A stretch of 64,000 bases of DNA, taken from contig JAXJEC010000042.1 of assembly GCA_036301625.1 (NCBI GenBank), positions 11,229-75,228 of the forward strand. Reading direction: 5' to 3'. Both the position numbers and the translations under genes were made by a program. The notes beneath the pieces are model-generated. The model ran no database searches. It had not been told where the DNA came from and saw only the letters and a program-made list of their open reading frames with translations. Positions 62,688-64,000 of this stretch are shown one piece after another. This stretch comes from Collinsella sp. (GTDB lineage: Bacteria; Actinomycetota; Coriobacteriia; Coriobacteriales; Coriobacteriaceae). The number at the start of each line of letters is the position of its first letter. The first letter of the stretch is position 1.

Positions 62688-64000
62688 CTACTCGCCCTCC
62701 GAGGTCTCGGCATCGCCCGCGGCATCCGCCGCATCGACAACCTCGACGCCCTCATCCGCAGCATCGGCCACGTCAATGGCTTCAACGGCAACGTCCTCGC
62801 CAGCATCCTCGAGCTCCTCGTACTCCGAGAAGTCTTCGGCGCCCTCAAAGTCAAAGGCGCGCTGGCAAATGCGGACCTCGTCGCCCGCACGGCAACCGGC
62901 CTTCTCGAGCGCGTCGTCAACACCCATACGCGCAAACTTATGCTGCAGGTAAATGACGGCTTCCTCGTTTTCCCAGTCGGTCTGGATGACCATGCGCTCG
63001 ATGGCACGACCGACCACGCGGAAGGCACCGGGCTCTTCCTGGACAATGCGGAAACGCTTCTCACGCTGCAGGCGGCGGCGCTCCCACTCATCGTCGCGCA
63101 GAACGACCGGTTCATCGGAGACAGCCAACTCGGCGCGCAGCTTAGCCACCTGCTCGCCCACGGCAAGCATCAGCGTGTTGAGGCCGGCACCCGTCACAGC
63201 AGACACGGCAAAGAACATATGTCCATCGTCGAGCGCTGCGCGCTTGAGGTCGGCAATCTTGTCGGCCGTGCCCGGCGCGTCGCACTTGTTGGCAACGACG
63301 ATCTGCGGACGCTCCGAAAGCTCGGCGCCATACTGCTCGAGCTCACGGTTGATGATGTGGTAATCCTCGACCGGATCGCGATCCTCAAAACCACCCGTCA
63401 TGTCGACGACGTGCATGATCAGGGCCGTACGCTCAATGTGGCGCAGGAACTGGTGACCCAGGCCCTTGCCCTCGCTCGCGCCCTCGATAAGACCGGGGAC
63501 GTCGGCAACGACGTAAGAATATTCGCCGGCACGCACCATGCCGAGGTTCGGCACGAGCGTGGTAAACGGGTAGTCGGCAATCTTGGGGCGGGCGGCACTC
63601 ATGCGCGCAATGAGCGATGACTTACCCACCGAGGGAAAGCCCACAAGCGCGGCATCGGCCATAAGCTTCATCTCGAGCTCAATCCAGTGCTCCTCGGCCG
63701 GTTCGCCCAGCTGAGCGAACGCGGGCGCGCGGCGCACCGACGTCACAAAGTGCGTGTTGCCCAGGCCGCCGGCACCGCCGGGCGCCACGACGACGCGCTC
63801 GCCATCGTGCACCAGGTCGGCAATCTCGAACATCGGGGTCTGCGTCTCGGGGTCGAGCTCCCGCACCACGGTACCCATAGGGACCTTGAGAATCAGGTCC
63901 TCGCCGCTCTTACCGTTACGACGGGCACCCTGTCCGTGCGTGCCGCGCTCGGCGCGGAAGTGATGCTTAAAGCGGTAATCGATCAGCGAAGACAGCTGAG
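62688..64000 (-). CDS. obgE: GTPase ObgE, 5' end outside window
   Basis: GFPSVGKSS, PFTTL, DVPG, NKCD, C-terminal OCT domain; frame continues upstream. Confidence 0.97.
   Translation of the reverse strand, partial: QLSSLIDYRFKHHFRAERGTHGQGARRNGKSGEDLILKVPMGTVVRELDPETQTPMFEIADLVHDGERVVVAPGGAGGLGNTHFVTSVRRAPAFAQLGEPAEEHWIELEMKLMADAALVGFPSVGKSSLIARMSAARPKIADYPFTTLVPNLGMVRAGEYSYVVADVPGLIEGASEGKGLGHQFLRHIERTALIMHVVDMTGGFEDRDPVEDYHIINRELEQYGAELSERPQIVVANKCDAPGTADKIADLKRAALDDGHMFFAVSAVTGAGLNTLMLAVGEQVAKLRAELAVSDEPVVLRDDEWERRRLQREKRFRIVQEEPGAFRVVGRAIERMVIQTDWENEEAVIYLQHKFARMGVDDALEKAGCRAGDEVRICQRAFDFEGAEDFSEYEELEDAGEDVAVEAIDVADAADEGVEVVDAADAAGDAETSEGE

Overview
High-GC Coriobacteriia chromosome segment, most likely Collinsella (inferred from gene content and order). 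Most of it is minus-strand housekeeping genes: hemW-dusB-lepA-rpsT-holA-comEC/EA-thiI-rpoZ-gmk-mihF, the pyr operon, rpmB, adhE, proS-ispG-rseP-dxr-cdsA-uppS-frr-pyrH-tsf-rpsB, xerC-trmFO-dprA-comM-yraN-rnhB-rplS, ppdK, PDRP-glyS/Q-lepB-trmD-rimM-khpA-rpsP, dinB and rsfS-yqeK-nadD-obgE. The accessory part is an 11.3-kb, visibly lower-GC island (41572..52858) between ppdK and its regulator. It encodes no integrase or transposase and sits exactly inside one arm of a REPIN-like inverted repeat, splitting it at agcccc|gtccc. A degenerate RAYT (HUH transposase) flanked by architecturally similar GTCCC-loop palindromes lies at 16.6-17.4 kb. The island carries two putative RiPP clusters. Cluster 1 has an RRE/PqqD-GNAT-like fusion, a radical SAM enzyme without SPASM cysteines, a 60-aa Val/Ala-rich precursor, an ABC exporter and a small membrane protein. 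Cluster 2 has a 241-aa NHLP-like precursor with an internal Nx5N Asn ladder, an EpeE/YydG-like radical SAM epimerase, an NPP-motif amide N-methyltransferase and an SdpI-like immunity gene; this suggests a polytheonamide-like D/L beta-helical peptide. A shared 20-bp box upstream of both competence operons is also seen. All calls come from reading motifs by eye; no database searches were run.
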